Below are positions 19,610 to 29,674 of a DNA stretch of 64,000 nt, one piece after another (position 1 is the stretch's first letter; each line of letters opens with the position of its first letter). Made by a program: the position numbers and the translations under genes. The notes under the pieces were generated by a model. The model had not been told where the DNA came from and ran no database searches. It was given only the letters and a program-made list of their open reading frames with translations. The DNA comes from an uncultured Thermoanaerobaculia bacterium (lineage in GTDB: Bacteria > Acidobacteriota > Thermoanaerobaculia > Multivoradales > CAZRFU01): positions 17,619-81,618 of the forward strand of contig CAZRFU010000016.1 in NCBI GenBank assembly GCA_964599475.1, in the 5' to 3' direction.

Positions 19610-21142
19610 TCAGCCCACCTTGGCCTTCGGATTCTCGACCAGGAAGCGGTCGCGGATCTCGCCGAGGGCCGCGATGATCTTCTCGTCGAGCTCCTTGTCG
19701 ATCGCCTTCTTCTCGCGTAGGGCCGCGAGCAGGTCGGCCTTCTCCTCGCGGAAGAAGCGGTGCATCGCCGCCTCGAAGGCGAGCACGGACTTCACCTCGA
19801 TGGTGTCGAGGAAGCCCTTGGTGCCGGCGAGGATCGAGAGCACCTGGAGCTCGACCGCGAGTGGCGCATACTGGCCCTGCTTCAGGATTTCGACCAGCCG
19901 TTGACCACGAGCGAGCTGGGCCTGCGTCGCCTTGTCGAGGTCCGAGCCGAACTGCGCGAAAGCCTGCAGCTCACGGAACTGGGCGAGCTCGAGACGCAGC
20001 GTGCCGGCGATCTTGCGCATCGCGGTGATCTGGGCGTTGCCGCCGACGCGCGAGACCGAGATGCCGACGTTCAGCGCCGGACGCACACCCGAGAAGAACA
20101 GGTCGCTCTCGAGGTAAATCTGACCATCGGTGATCGAGATCACGTTGGTCGGGATGTAGGCCGAGACGTCGCCCGCCTGGGTTTCGATGATCGGCAGCGC
20201 GGTCAGCGACCCGCCGCCGTTCTTGGTCGAAAGCTTGGCGGCGCGCTCGAGCAGGCGAGAATGCAGGTAGAAGACGTCGCCCGGATACGCCTCACGGCCG
20301 GGCGGACGGCGCAGCAGCAGCGACAACTCACGATAGGCGACGGCCTGCTTGGACAAGTCGTCGTAGATCACCAGGGCGTGGCGGCCCGAATCCATGAAGT
20401 ACTCGCCGATGGCGCACCCGCCGTAGGGAGCGAGGTACTGCAGCGGCGCGGGCTCTGAAGCCGAGGCTGCGACCACGATGGTGTGGCCCATCGCGCCGTA
20501 CTCTTCGAGGGTCTTGACCACCTGGGCGATGGTCGATCGCTTCTGGCCGATGGCGACGTAGATGCAGATGACGCCGCTGTCCTTCTGGTTGATGATGGTG
20601 TCGACGGCGACCGCGGTCTTGCCGGTCTGGCGGTCGCCGATGATCAGCTCACGCTGGCCGCGTCCGACCGGGATCATGGCGTCGATGGCCTTGATGCCGG
20701 TCTGCAGCGGCTCTTTGACCGGCTGACGATCGATGACGCCGGGCGCGATGCGCTCGAGTGGGTACCGCTTGGTGGTTTCGATCGGGCCCTTGTCGTCGAT
20801 CGGCCGACCGAGCGGATCGACCACCCGTCCGATCATCGCGTCGCCCACCGGCAGCTCCATGATGCGGCCGGTGCGGCGCACCTGATCGCCTTCCTTGACC
20901 AACCGCGAGCTGCCGATCAGCACGGCGCCGATCTGGTCTTCTTCGAGGTTGAGGGCGATGCCGAACACTCCGTTGGGAAACTCGAGCATTTCGCCCGACA
21001 TCGCCTTCTCGAGGCCATAGACGCGGGCAATACCGTCGCCGACGTTGAGAACGGTACCGACTTCGGCGAGGTCGATGTCCGCCTCGTAGCCCGCCAGCTC
21101 CTTTTCCAGGATCGCGGTGATCTCATCAGCCTTGATATGCAT
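19610..21142 (-). CDS. atpA: F1 ATP synthase alpha subunit
   Basis: [11 protein letters not shown] Walker A and full-length collinearity with AtpA. Confidence 0.97.
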   Translation of the reverse strand: MHIKADEITAILEKELAGYEADIDLAEVGTVLNVGDGIARVYGLEKAMSGEMLEFPNGVFGIALNLEEDQIGAVLIGSSRLVKEGDQVRRTGRIMELPVGDAMIGRVVDPLGRPIDDKGPIETTKRYPLERIAPGVIDRQPVKEPLQTGIKAIDAMIPVGRGQRELIIGDRQTGKTAVAVDTIINQKDSGVICIYVAIGQKRSTIAQVVKTLEEYGAMGHTIVVAASASEPAPLQYLAPYGGCAIGEYFMDSGRHALVIYDDLSKQAVAYRELSLLLRRPPGREAYPGDVFYLHSRLLERAAKLSTKNGGGSLTALPIIETQAGDVSAYIPTNVISITDGQIYLESDLFFSGVRPALNVGISVSRVGGNAQITAMRKIAGTLRLELAQFRELQAFAQFGSDLDKATQAQLARGQRLVEILKQGQYAPLAVELQVLSILAGTKGFLDTIEVKSVLAFEAAMHRFFREEKADLLAALREKKAIDKELDEKIIAALGEIRDRFLVENPKAKVG

Positions 21143-21175
21143 ACAGGTGCTCTCCGTAGAAAAAGGGGCTGGCGC

Positions 21176-21715
21176 TCAGGCCTGCGCGAGGCGCGCCGAA
21201 AGGCGCTGCAGCCGGCGCCTGAGGCTCGCATCGAAGACTTTGCTGCCGACCGTCGCCACGAAGCCGGCCATCAGGCTCGGATCGGTCGAGGTCTCGATAT
21301 CGACGGGGCTGCCGACCGCCTTAGCCAGACCGCTGCGCAGCGAAGCCAGTTGCTCGGCAGTGAGTGGCGTGGCGCTTCTGACCTCGGCCTTGACCGTGCC
21401 GAGCGCCCGCCGCAGGAGAATCTCGAGGCCGTCGGCGATTTCCGCCAGCCGCCCTAGCCGGTAGTTGCGTGTCAGCGTGGCAGCCAGGCGCCGGGTGATC
21501 GGACCGCTTCCCAGCTTGGCGACGACCTGGTCGATCACCGCCAGCTTGGTCTCGAGCGGCACGCCGGGGTTCGCAGCGGCCCGCGGCAGGGCCGGATTCT
21601 CGGCGAAGACTGCTGCCAGGGCTCGCAGCTCGGCCAGCACCTGCTGGGCGGCCGTGGTGCTGCCGGCTACTTGAAAGACCGCCTTGGCGTACGGACGAGC
21701 TACCCGGCCGATCAT
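21176..21715 (-). CDS. atpH: F1 ATP synthase delta (OSCP) subunit
   Basis: 179 aa. YAKAVFQVA N-terminus. Operon position. ATGA overlap with atpF. Confidence 0.85.
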   Translation of the reverse strand: MIGRVARPYAKAVFQVAGSTTAAQQVLAELRALAAVFAENPALPRAAANPGVPLETKLAVIDQVVAKLGSGPITRRLAATLTRNYRLGRLAEIADGLEILLRRALGTVKAEVRSATPLTAEQLASLRSGLAKAVGSPVDIETSTDPSLMAGFVATVGSKVFDASLRRRLQRLSARLAQA

Positions 21716-22278
21716 GCGCTTTTCCTCTCGAGGCCGGCGACGCCGTCGTCGAAGAGCCGACGCCGGGTCGCATCGTCGAGCTCGCCCGCGAGCCTGGCAG
21801 CGGCAAGCTCAGCGGCGAGCGCTGCGGCGTGACGAGTGAGCTCTGCCCGAGCCTGCTCGATACGGTGGTCCATCTCGGCATTGGCCTGGTCCACGACCCG
21901 CTGGCGCTCGACCTCGGCGGATGCCAGGATTTCCTCCCGCTCGCGCCGGGCATCCGCGTCACCCTTGGCGGTCAGCTCGGCGATCTCGCGCTCGAGCTCG
22001 GCAATCGCGCCGCTGAGCCGTTCCTCGAGACCGGCCACCTGACTCTCCTGCCGACGCGCGAGCTCGAGGCTCTCGCGGATCGCCACGCTGCGCGCGTCGA
22101 GGAAGGCGAGGATCTTGGGAACCGCAAACTTGAAGATCGCACCGAGGAAAATGGCCAAGTTGATCGACAGGAAGATCCAGACCGGCAGGCCGAGCCAGGT
22201 CCCGCCACCTCCGGCCGCCAGGGCCGAGGGGGCAACGCCCAGCACCACTGCGGCAAACGCGAAGCGCCGGGCCGACAT
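21712..22278 (-). CDS. atpF: Fo ATP synthase b subunit
   Basis: One N-terminal TM helix followed by a long charged coiled coil. ATG 22278 overlaps the upstream stop (TGATG); an alternative GTG start lies at 22281. Confidence 0.8.
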   Translation of the reverse strand: MSARRFAFAAVVLGVAPSALAAGGGGTWLGLPVWIFLSINLAIFLGAIFKFAVPKILAFLDARSVAIRESLELARRQESQVAGLEERLSGAIAELEREIAELTAKGDADARREREEILASAEVERQRVVDQANAEMDHRIEQARAELTRHAAALAAELAAARLAGELDDATRRRLFDDGVAGLERKSA

Positions 22279-22700
22279 CACGCCACCCTCCCGAGGAGGC
22301 GCCGCACCATGTCGTCGGCGATGCGTTCGGCGCGCGCCGCGAGCACCCCGCGCTCGGCAGCGACATCCGCCTCGAGCCGGTCGCGCACCTCGTCGAGCTT
22401 GGCACGGGCGGCCTTCCGCGCCTGGTCGACCAGGGCGGCCTTTTCGGCTTCGGCTTCGCGCCGGGTCGCCTCACGCCGGCGAGCGATCTCACGCCGGGCC
22501 TCGGCCAAACGCTCGCGCTGGGCGGCAAGGCCGGTTTCGAGTTTCGACGAAGCGGCTTCGAAGCGCGTGTGCGCAGCGGCGATCGTCGTTTCCCGCTCGT
22601 CGAGCAAGCGAGTGATCGGTCCAAAGAAGGACCATCTCAGGATCGCATAGACGACCCAGAAGATCGCCATGACGACCAGCAAGCTGGCATCGAATTCCAC
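22278..22700 (-). CDS. atpF2: Fo ATP synthase b' subunit
   Basis: GTG 22700 with GGAG 8 nt upstream. VEFDASLLVVMAIFWVVYAIL TM helix, then coiled coil. The listed start at 22829 gives an implausible leader. Confidence 0.7.
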   Translation of the reverse strand: MEFDASLLVVMAIFWVVYAILRWSFFGPITRLLDERETTIAAAHTRFEAASSKLETGLAAQRERLAEARREIARRREATRREAEAEKAALVDQARKAARAKLDEVRDRLEADVAAERGVLAARAERIADDMVRRLLGRVA

Positions 22701-22819
22701 GGACGGACTCCGCTCGGGTTGTTGACCGAAAAAAGGCTGAGAATGCTCGGCGTCGAGTCTCGACCGGAGAAGTCGAGAGCGGCACGACGCGCAGCCGGCC
22801 GCAGCCTGAGAGCTGCCGA

Positions 22820-22848
22820 AACTTAGCATCGGCCGCCGCGCTGGTCAA
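22820..22848 (-). promoter_or_regulatory. Candidate sigma70-type promoter for the atp operon
   Basis: On the minus strand, TTGACC (22848-22843), a 17-nt spacer, then TAAGTT (22825-22820). About 120 nt upstream of the atpF2 start and directly after the RDD-gene hairpin. Confidence 0.35.
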
Positions 22849-22850
22849 CT

Positions 22851-22870
22851 CCGGCGCCCTGCGGCGCCGG
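22851..22870 (-). terminator. GC-rich hairpin after the RDD gene (possible terminator)
   Basis: Perfect 8-bp stem CCGGCGCC / GGCGCCGG with a 4-nt loop, starting 2 nt after the stop codon. There is no U-tract. Confidence 0.4.
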
Positions 22871-22871
22871 C

Positions 22872-23417
22872 TCAGTCGGCCAGGATCAGCCGTGAGCGGC
22901 TCAGGCGGTCGGCCAGGGATCGCCGACCGATCAGGGCCACCAGCGCCAGCAGCCCGAGGCTCGCGACGGTGAAGACCGCCACGATCCATCGCACCGCGCA
23001 GCGTCGAAAGGTCGGCAGGCCACCGTCGTCGGCGACCAGCCGTACACCTGCCCAGGCCATTCCCGGCGTTCGGCCCCAGAATGCCAGGGGCAAGAGCATG
23101 TACAGGAACGAGAAGTCGAGCACGAACACCAGCACCCCGGCCAGGGCCCGGGAGGTCAGAGCCGTCCCGCCGAGGCTGACGCCCACCGCCACCACCGCCC
23201 CAATCAAGACGATGAATGCGAGATCAGCCAGCCCCCCCTGGAGACGCAGACCAAAATCGGCGTCGACGAGGTCGGCCGGCGGCTCGGGCTCGGGCGTCGC
23301 CCCAGGCACGTCGGCAGCCACCGGCCCGGCGCGTTCGTCCTGCTCCTCCTCGCGCTGCGGGTCGAGCGGAAGGTCGAAGAGGGTGGGGCCGCTGGGAGTC
23401 CGACGCCGAGAGCTCAC
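22872..23417 (-). CDS. RDD family membrane protein
   Basis: GRTPGMAWAGVRLV motif, three TM helices and an acidic N-terminal region. GTGA overlap with the upstream gene. Confidence 0.75.
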   Translation of the reverse strand: MSSRRRTPSGPTLFDLPLDPQREEEQDERAGPVAADVPGATPEPEPPADLVDADFGLRLQGGLADLAFIVLIGAVVAVGVSLGGTALTSRALAGVLVFVLDFSFLYMLLPLAFWGRTPGMAWAGVRLVADDGGLPTFRRCAVRWIVAVFTVASLGLLALVALIGRRSLADRLSRSRLILAD

Positions 23418-25492
23418 GGCACTCGCGAGCTCGCGTACTTCGTGTAGATCCGCGCCAGCAAGTCCTCACTGCGATCCTTGTAGGTGCGGGCGAATGCCAA
23501 CAAGCGGCTGACGCCTTCGTCCTCGGGAGCGAGCTTTTCCGCCTCCTGCAGGGATTCGATGGCCTTGGCGAAGAGGCCGCGCTGAACATCCCGAAGTGCC
23601 AGGTTGTAATAGCCCGTCACCAAGAGGTCGCGCAGGTCGCGATCGGCGTTGTCCTCCTCGTAGAGACGCCAGATCTCGGGCATGGCCTGCTCGTATTCCG
23701 CGTCCGCGAGCCAACGACGGACCTGGGCCAGGGCCTCGCGCTGTGTCTTGGCCTGCTTGTGCCGTTCGGCATCCTCGGGCTCGAGGGTGATGGTCTCGGC
23801 CAGCTGATCGTAGAGCGTGGCGGCAAGCAGCAGTCGCCGCTCGGCAAACGCCGCTCGCGCATCGTTCTGCAGCTTCTCCAGCCGAGCGATCTCGGCCGGG
23901 TCGATCTCCGGCTCGAGGCCAACCGGCTCAGCCGGCTTCTCCCACTCGCCCAGCAGCTGCTGAGCCTCCTGGAAGTGGGCGTCGCCCTCGGGAACTCGTT
24001 TGAGGAGGGCGATCGCGTTGGCCGGCTTGCCGCTATCGAAGAGAGCGCGCGCCCGATCGATCGGCGAAAGGTCGTCGGCGACGGGCTCGACGGTGTTGGG
24101 GAACACTTGGTCGCCCCGGGTCATCAACCACCAGCCGGTACCCCCGGCCAGCACCAACACCAGCAGACCCGCGCCGATGAGCATCGGCAACTTGCGCCCG
24201 GACTTGGCCTTGGGCTTGGGCAGACTGGGAGCCGAGGGCCGCTGGCGCGGAGCGGCTCCGGGCTCCGGCGGCACCAGGATCTCTTCGGTCAGAACGGCCT
24301 CCGCCACCGAGGCCTTGCGGGCAGCGGGGGAAGCGGGCGACGCCGTAGCCGGTTCCTGCTCGGCATTCTCCAACCGCTCGAGCAGCTCGCGGGCGGCGTA
24401 GTACCCAGGTTGCTGGTCGAGGATCCCCTGCAGCATGGCGCGCGCCCCAGCAACGTCACCCTGATCCACCAGAGACTCTGCGTCATGCAGCCTCGACTCG
24501 AGCACCCGCTCACCCTCGGCGCGACGCTTGCGTGCCTCCTCGATCCGCCGATTGGCCTCCTGGTGGTCGATGTCGATCAAGAAGATGCGCGACCAGGCAT
24601 CGATGGCCGCCTGGAACTCGCCCTTCTCGAAGGCTCGTTGGCCTTCGTCGAGGAGCTCTCGAATGCGTGGGTCTTTCTCGGCGCTGCTGCTCGAGAGACC
24701 CAGATCGAAGGCCGGGGGGGCAGCCCCGAGGGCGGGTGCTGCCGACTCCAGATCCAATCCCGGCTCCGCGTCGAGCCCAAAGGCGGGAGCGTCGAGAACA
24801 CCGTCGAGCAGCGATGCACCCGCCCCTGTGTCCGCGGGATCGCTCAGCTCCGCGCCGAAGCCCGGCAGCGCTTCGTCGTCCAAGTCGAGATCGTCCGAGC
24901 CGAGCCGGCCCTCGAGAGACAACACCCGAGGATGGTCGGCATCGAGGGCTCGGGCCTGTTCGAGTTGGCGTCGCGCCTCGTCGGTGTCGCCGGCGTCGAA
25001 GGCGCGTTCAGCGGCGTCGACCATGCCCAATACCAGCGGTTCGGCCTCGAGCCGCTCGGACGCCTGCATGGCCATCCTCCGCAGGTCGGGATCGGCCACC
25101 ACGTCAGCCTGATGTGCCCCTGCCAGCGCGAGCACTCCGCGCAGGTCGCGTTGCGCCAGGAGAGCCTGCAGCTGACCTCGAAGGGTATCGGCGCCCGGAG
25201 CCGGCAGCGGCTCGAGATCAGGCAGATCGCCGAGCTCCCCAAACTCGGGCGGCGCCTCGGCAAACGCCCCAGGCCGCAGATCGTCCACCGTGATCGCCCC
25301 AGTCGCGTCGGCGAGGCGCGTCTGCAGCTTGGTCGCCGGGGCGAACATCGGATCCAGCCGCAGCACGAAGTCGCAACCGAGGCGCGCTTCCTGGAGCTTG
25401 CCGGCAGCCGCGAGGTCGAGGCTCTGGTCGTAGGTCTGCAGGATCCGCGCTTGGACGTCGGGCGGCAACGCGGGATTACCAGGGTAGCTCAT
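23414..25492 (-). CDS. TPR-repeat protein with a single central TM helix
   Basis: ATG 25492 (MSYPGNPALPPDVQARIL) with GAGGG upstream. TPR-like helices on both sides of KLPMLIGAGLLVLVLAGGTGWWL. The listed start at 26167 is antisense to the next gene. Confidence 0.7.
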   Translation of the reverse strand: MSYPGNPALPPDVQARILQTYDQSLDLAAAGKLQEARLGCDFVLRLDPMFAPATKLQTRLADATGAITVDDLRPGAFAEAPPEFGELGDLPDLEPLPAPGADTLRGQLQALLAQRDLRGVLALAGAHQADVVADPDLRRMAMQASERLEAEPLVLGMVDAAERAFDAGDTDEARRQLEQARALDADHPRVLSLEGRLGSDDLDLDDEALPGFGAELSDPADTGAGASLLDGVLDAPAFGLDAEPGLDLESAAPALGAAPPAFDLGLSSSSAEKDPRIRELLDEGQRAFEKGEFQAAIDAWSRIFLIDIDHQEANRRIEEARKRRAEGERVLESRLHDAESLVDQGDVAGARAMLQGILDQQPGYYAARELLERLENAEQEPATASPASPAARKASVAEAVLTEEILVPPEPGAAPRQRPSAPSLPKPKAKSGRKLPMLIGAGLLVLVLAGGTGWWLMTRGDQVFPNTVEPVADDLSPIDRARALFDSGKPANAIALLKRVPEGDAHFQEAQQLLGEWEKPAEPVGLEPEIDPAEIARLEKLQNDARAAFAERRLLLAATLYDQLAETITLEPEDAERHKQAKTQREALAQVRRWLADAEYEQAMPEIWRLYEEDNADRDLRDLLVTGYYNLALRDVQRGLFAKAIESLQEAEKLAPEDEGVSRLLAFARTYKDRSEDLLARIYTKYASSRVP

Positions 25493-25612
25493 CGGCGTGG
25501 CCCTCGATTCGAGTTCATTGCCCAGATGATACCAGGGCGGGGAGGCCTCATCGGCCGGGATCATCGGTCGGCCTCTGGTCCGAGCCCCTTCGAAGCCTGC
25601 TACGCTCCCTGC

Positions 25613-26461
25613 ATGTTTGTGACCGACAGTGACGTCGGCGCCATCGTCGACCCGAGCGACGCGGTCCGCGAGCTTCTCGTCCGCGCCTTCGAGCGCGCCG
25701 GCCTGGCCGCCGAGGGTCACGAGCACATCGCCTCTCTCTGGCACCGACTGCGGGAGCCAGCGCCACCCCAGTTGCTCATGGTGCGATTCGGGCCGGAACA
25801 CTCCGAGGGAACCTGGAAGCAGCTGCGGACGACCGTGCCGGTGCACATCATCGCCCTCGCCGAACGCTCGATGTTCCCGATCGTGATCCGCGCCCTGGAA
25901 GCAGGCTGGGTCGACGACGTGCTCGAGACCCCCATCGACCTCGACCGCGCCCTGCACCGCATCCTCGTCGGTCGCACCAGCCTCGCACTGCGCCGCCGGC
26001 TCGAGAGCCGCGAGGTTCCCGCACCACCACCGACCCGTGATCCGGTGACCGGCTTGTGGAATCGCAGCTCGGCCGTCGATCTGCTGCGACGGGAGCTGGC
26101 TGGGGCACGTCGCACCGGAGCCCACGTCGGCCTGGTCCGACTGCGGGTGATCGGGCTCGAACAGCACGTTTCACCCTCGGCCGCCGATCTGGCCTTTCGC
26201 CTCGTCGCCGATGCCCTCCGGGTTTCGGTTCGGGTCAGCGACTGGGTGGCGCGACTGGGGCCGCTGAGCTTCGCGGTCGTCCTGCCGGGTTGTGCCGAAC
26301 CCCGAACCATCGCGATCGGCGAACGGATCTTCCGGCTGGCGACGGAACGGCTCGAGAGCAGCGGGGTGTTCGCCTCTCTGCGAGTCGAGGCCGAAGCGTC
26401 TTCCATCGCTCCCGATCACCCCGACAGCGAGCAGATCATCGCCGGCCTCGAGCAGGAGTGA
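25613..26461 (+). CDS. Pseudo-receiver plus degenerate GGDEF domain protein
   Basis: REC-like fold with Arg at the phospho-acceptor position (LLMVRFG). GGDEF-domain hallmarks (DPVTGLWNR) are present, but the active site reads GPLSF and the metal-binding DxD region reads VRLRV. Confidence 0.7.
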   Translation: MFVTDSDVGAIVDPSDAVRELLVRAFERAGLAAEGHEHIASLWHRLREPAPPQLLMVRFGPEHSEGTWKQLRTTVPVHIIALAERSMFPIVIRALEAGWVDDVLETPIDLDRALHRILVGRTSLALRRRLESREVPAPPPTRDPVTGLWNRSSAVDLLRRELAGARRTGAHVGLVRLRVIGLEQHVSPSAADLAFRLVADALRVSVRVSDWVARLGPLSFAVVLPGCAEPRTIAIGERIFRLATERLESSGVFASLRVEAEASSIAPDHPDSEQIIAGLEQE

Positions 26462-26549
26462 GAGGCCCATCGCTCGAGCTGCAGCGACGCCCGGTGGCCG
26501 AACCGGCGAGCTCGGATACACTGTCCCGCACTCTCCCAAGGAGGTCCGC

Positions 26550-27782
26550 GTGACGCGACACGTTGCCTTCGTCGGCCCCGACGTTTTCGACATCTACCCG
26601 GAGTTCGTTCGCGGCCTCAAGGAAGTCGGAGCCCGCGTCAGCGGCCTCGGCCACACGCCCAACGAGCGATTGGCGCCGACGCTCAAGCGGCTGCTCGACG
26701 ACTACGAACGGGTCGGCAACCTGCTCGATCCCGAAGCGCTCAGCGCCGGCGCGCGCGCGCTCGCCCGACGCCATCCGGTCGACCTGATCGAAACCGCGGA
26801 CGAGTCCTTGGTGTTGGCAACCGCCCATGCACGGGAAGCACTGGCGGTACCGGGACTGTCCGTGCACGGAGCCACGCTGTGCCGCGACAAGCCGCTGATG
26901 AAGGAGACCTTGCGTCGCGCCGGCGTGCCCTGTGCGGCGTCCGACGCAGTCGATTCGCTGCAGGCCCTCGCCGACTTCGTCGAGCGCGAGGGCTATCCCG
27001 TCATCCTCAAGCCTCGCTCCGCACTCGGTGGGCTCGGCACACACCGCGCCGACGACGCCAGGGAGCTCGAGGCAGCGGCCAAGAAGCTCGGCATCGACCG
27101 CGGTGAATCCGCCGCCGTCGAGGAGTTCATCGAGGGCCACGAGGGGTTCTACGACACCATTTCGATCGACGGCGAGCCGGTCCACGAGATGGTCTCGCAC
27201 TACTACCCCAACGTGCTCGAGGCGCTGTCCTCGCGTCACATCGCTCCTCAGATCGCAGCCACCAACCGCGTCGACATGGCGTCCTACGACGGCCTCCGCG
27301 AGATGGGGCGCACGGTCATCAAGGCGCTCGGCATCGGCACCTCGGCCACCCACATGGAGTGGTTCTACGGACCCAAAGGGCTCAAATTCAGCGAGATCGG
27401 GGCGCGCCCTCCGGGCGAGAAGTTGTGGAACCTCTACTGCGTCGGCAACGACATCGACCTCTATCGCGAGTGGGCGATGGTCATCGTCCACCAACGGCGC
27501 GGGGCCCACCTGAGCCGACGTGCCGCAACCGGATCGATCCAGGTACGGCCCGTGGTCGACGGCGTGGTGACGCGGGTCGTCGGACTCTCCGAGCTGCTGC
27601 CCCGACTCAAACCCCACATCTGGGCCTGGCAGGTCCCGAAGCCGGGCACACCCACCGATCCGATCTACAAGGGCTACCTCAACAACCTGTGGATCCGTCT
27701 GCAACACCCGGACTACGACCAGCTGCGCGCCATGATGGACCTGATCGGCGAACGCGTTCGCGTCGAGGCGCGGCCGGCGTGA
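26550..27782 (+). CDS. ATP-grasp domain protein
   Basis: AAGGAGG lies 5 nt upstream of GTG 26550. CRDKPLMKETLRRAGVP, YPVILKPRS and EEFIEGHE motifs, with a typical ATP-grasp layout. Confidence 0.8.
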   Translation: MTRHVAFVGPDVFDIYPEFVRGLKEVGARVSGLGHTPNERLAPTLKRLLDDYERVGNLLDPEALSAGARALARRHPVDLIETADESLVLATAHAREALAVPGLSVHGATLCRDKPLMKETLRRAGVPCAASDAVDSLQALADFVEREGYPVILKPRSALGGLGTHRADDARELEAAAKKLGIDRGESAAVEEFIEGHEGFYDTISIDGEPVHEMVSHYYPNVLEALSSRHIAPQIAATNRVDMASYDGLREMGRTVIKALGIGTSATHMEWFYGPKGLKFSEIGARPPGEKLWNLYCVGNDIDLYREWAMVIVHQRRGAHLSRRAATGSIQVRPVVDGVVTRVVGLSELLPRLKPHIWAWQVPKPGTPTDPIYKGYLNNLWIRLQHPDYDQLRAMMDLIGERVRVEARPA

Positions 27783-28315
27783 GCGCCCGCGTCCTGGCCA
27801 AACAGCAGATCCACCCCGGGCGGGTGGTCGACCTCTGGATCGAGGAGGTCGAGCTGCCCAATGGACGAGTGGCGGACCTCGAGGTGGTACGCCATCCCGG
27901 CGCGGCCGCGATCGTGCCCATCACAGGCGCCGGCGACGTGATCCTGGTGCGGCAGTATCGCCACGCTCTCGGTCGTTACTTGCTCGAGATCCCGGCCGGC
28001 AAGCTCTCACCCGGCGAGGACCCGGCCGCTTGCGCCGCCCGTGAGCTCGAAGAAGAAGTCGGCCAACGAGCGGCTCGGCTCGAGCCACTCGGCGCTCTGG
28101 TGCCGGCACCGGGATTTGCCGACGAGGTCATCCACTTGTTCCTCGCCCGTGATCTCGAGGCAACGAGCCAGAACCTCGACGACGACGAGGTGCTGTCGAT
28201 CGAGCTCCTGCACCTCGACCGTGCGGTCGACATGGCTCTGGGCGGTGACATCGACGACTCGAAGTCGGCAGTGGCGATCCTGCGAGCCGCAGCGAAGCTG
28301 GGCAACTTCGGCTGA
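27779..28315 (+). CDS. NUDIX hydrolase (ADP-ribose pyrophosphatase-like)
   Basis: NUDIX box GKLSPGEDPAACAARELEEEVG. GTGA overlap with the ATP-grasp gene. Confidence 0.85.
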   Translation: MSARVLAKQQIHPGRVVDLWIEEVELPNGRVADLEVVRHPGAAAIVPITGAGDVILVRQYRHALGRYLLEIPAGKLSPGEDPAACAARELEEEVGQRAARLEPLGALVPAPGFADEVIHLFLARDLEATSQNLDDDEVLSIELLHLDRAVDMALGGDIDDSKSAVAILRAAAKLGNFG

Positions 28316-28379
28316 CAGCGCACCGGCCGGCCGCGACGCGCGCGGTGTAGCATGAACGGCGTTGCATGAGCACCGCCGC

Positions 28380-29213
28380 ATGAGCACCGAAATCGTTGCC
28401 ATCGTCAGTCGCAAGGGCGGGGTCGGCAAGACCACCTCGGCCGTCGGGCTGGCGGCCGCGCTCGTGGAACAGGGCCGGCAGGTGCTCCTGATGGACCTCG
28501 ACCCTCAGGCCAGCGCGAGCGTTTCGCTCGGGGTCGACAAGCGGCAACTGTCGCCCTCGGCCGCCGACATGTTGCTGCGCGACACCGCCGCAGGTGAGGT
28601 CATCAGGGCTTCCGGCACACCGGGACTCGACTTGATTACGTCGTCGATCGACCTGCAGGCCTACGAAGCCGAAACCCGCTACGTGAGCGACCAGGAGACC
28701 GTACTGCGCGCCAAGCTCGCGGCGATCGAAGGGCGCTACGACTTCGTCGTGATCGACTGTCCTCCGGCGCTCAACCTGCTCTCCCGCAATGCCCTGGCAG
28801 CCTGCACCAGCTTCATCGTCCCGGTCGTTCCCCACTTCCTCGTGGTCGAAGGTGTACAAACCACCATCGGTGCCGCGGAGCGCCTGCGACAGCGCTGCGC
28901 CGGGCGTGGACGGCTGCTGGGAATCCTGCCGACGATGGTCGACTACCGCACCAAGCTCACTCGGGCCAGCCTCGCAGAGATCCGCTCGACCTTCGGCAGC
29001 GATGTCTTCGCAGTGGAGATCCGCACCAACGTGCGCCTTGCCGAAGCACCTGCGGCCGGGCAGACCATTCTCGAGTACGACGGCAACTCGTCGGGCGCCG
29101 GCTCCTATCGGCTGGCCGCCGAGGAGCTCCTCTTGCGGCTCGAGAGCTTGCGGCGACGTTTTCCGCTCGAGGAAACCCACACGATCGGATCCGGCGAAGG
29201 AGGCTCACGATGA
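28380..29213 (+). CDS. ParA/MinD-family ATPase (orphan)
   Basis: Deviant Walker A SRKGGVGKTT, LLMDLDPQ and VIDCPP motifs. ATG 28380, with an alternative TTG at 28362. Confidence 0.85.
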   Translation: MSTEIVAIVSRKGGVGKTTSAVGLAAALVEQGRQVLLMDLDPQASASVSLGVDKRQLSPSAADMLLRDTAAGEVIRASGTPGLDLITSSIDLQAYEAETRYVSDQETVLRAKLAAIEGRYDFVVIDCPPALNLLSRNALAACTSFIVPVVPHFLVVEGVQTTIGAAERLRQRCAGRGRLLGILPTMVDYRTKLTRASLAEIRSTFGSDVFAVEIRTNVRLAEAPAAGQTILEYDGNSSGAGSYRLAAEELLLRLESLRRRFPLEETHTIGSGEGGSR

Positions 29214-29674
29214 AAGAGATGCTCGGCGGTTGCGGTGGAGGACGGTTCGTCGGCACCAACCTGCTGTGGCTCGAAGGCGCGTCGGCGCCGGCCCTCGAGT
29301 CCCCCGCTCACGCCGAGCTCGAGGTGCTCGCCAGCGGCAAGCTCATCCGCTGCTCCTACACCTGGGTCTTCGAGGGCCAAACCCAACACGGTTCGATGGT
29401 GGTCGCTTGGAACGGTCGAGCCGAGCGCGCGAGCGCCGGGTGGATCGACTCGTTTCACCAGAGCAGCCACGTGATGCAGCTCGAGGGCGCGCTCGAGGAC
29501 GGCGGCGCGGTCGCGGTCTCCGGCACCTACCCCGCGCCGAGCGGGCCCGATTGGGGGTGGCGGATCCGGCTCGAATCCCCCACTGCCGACGAGCTCCTGG
29601 TGCTGATGGACAACGTCAGCCCTGACGGCCTTGCCGAGCCCGCCGTCCGCATCGACCTACGACGTCAAACCTGA
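29210..29674 (+). CDS. Hypothetical protein (DUF1579-like by recollection)
   Basis: GAAGGAGG upstream. ATGA overlap with the ParA-like gene and TGATG overlap with the dehalogenase gene. Confidence 0.6.
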   Translation: MKEMLGGCGGGRFVGTNLLWLEGASAPALESPAHAELEVLASGKLIRCSYTWVFEGQTQHGSMVVAWNGRAERASAGWIDSFHQSSHVMQLEGALEDGGAVAVSGTYPAPSGPDWGWRIRLESPTADELLVLMDNVSPDGLAEPAVRIDLRRQT

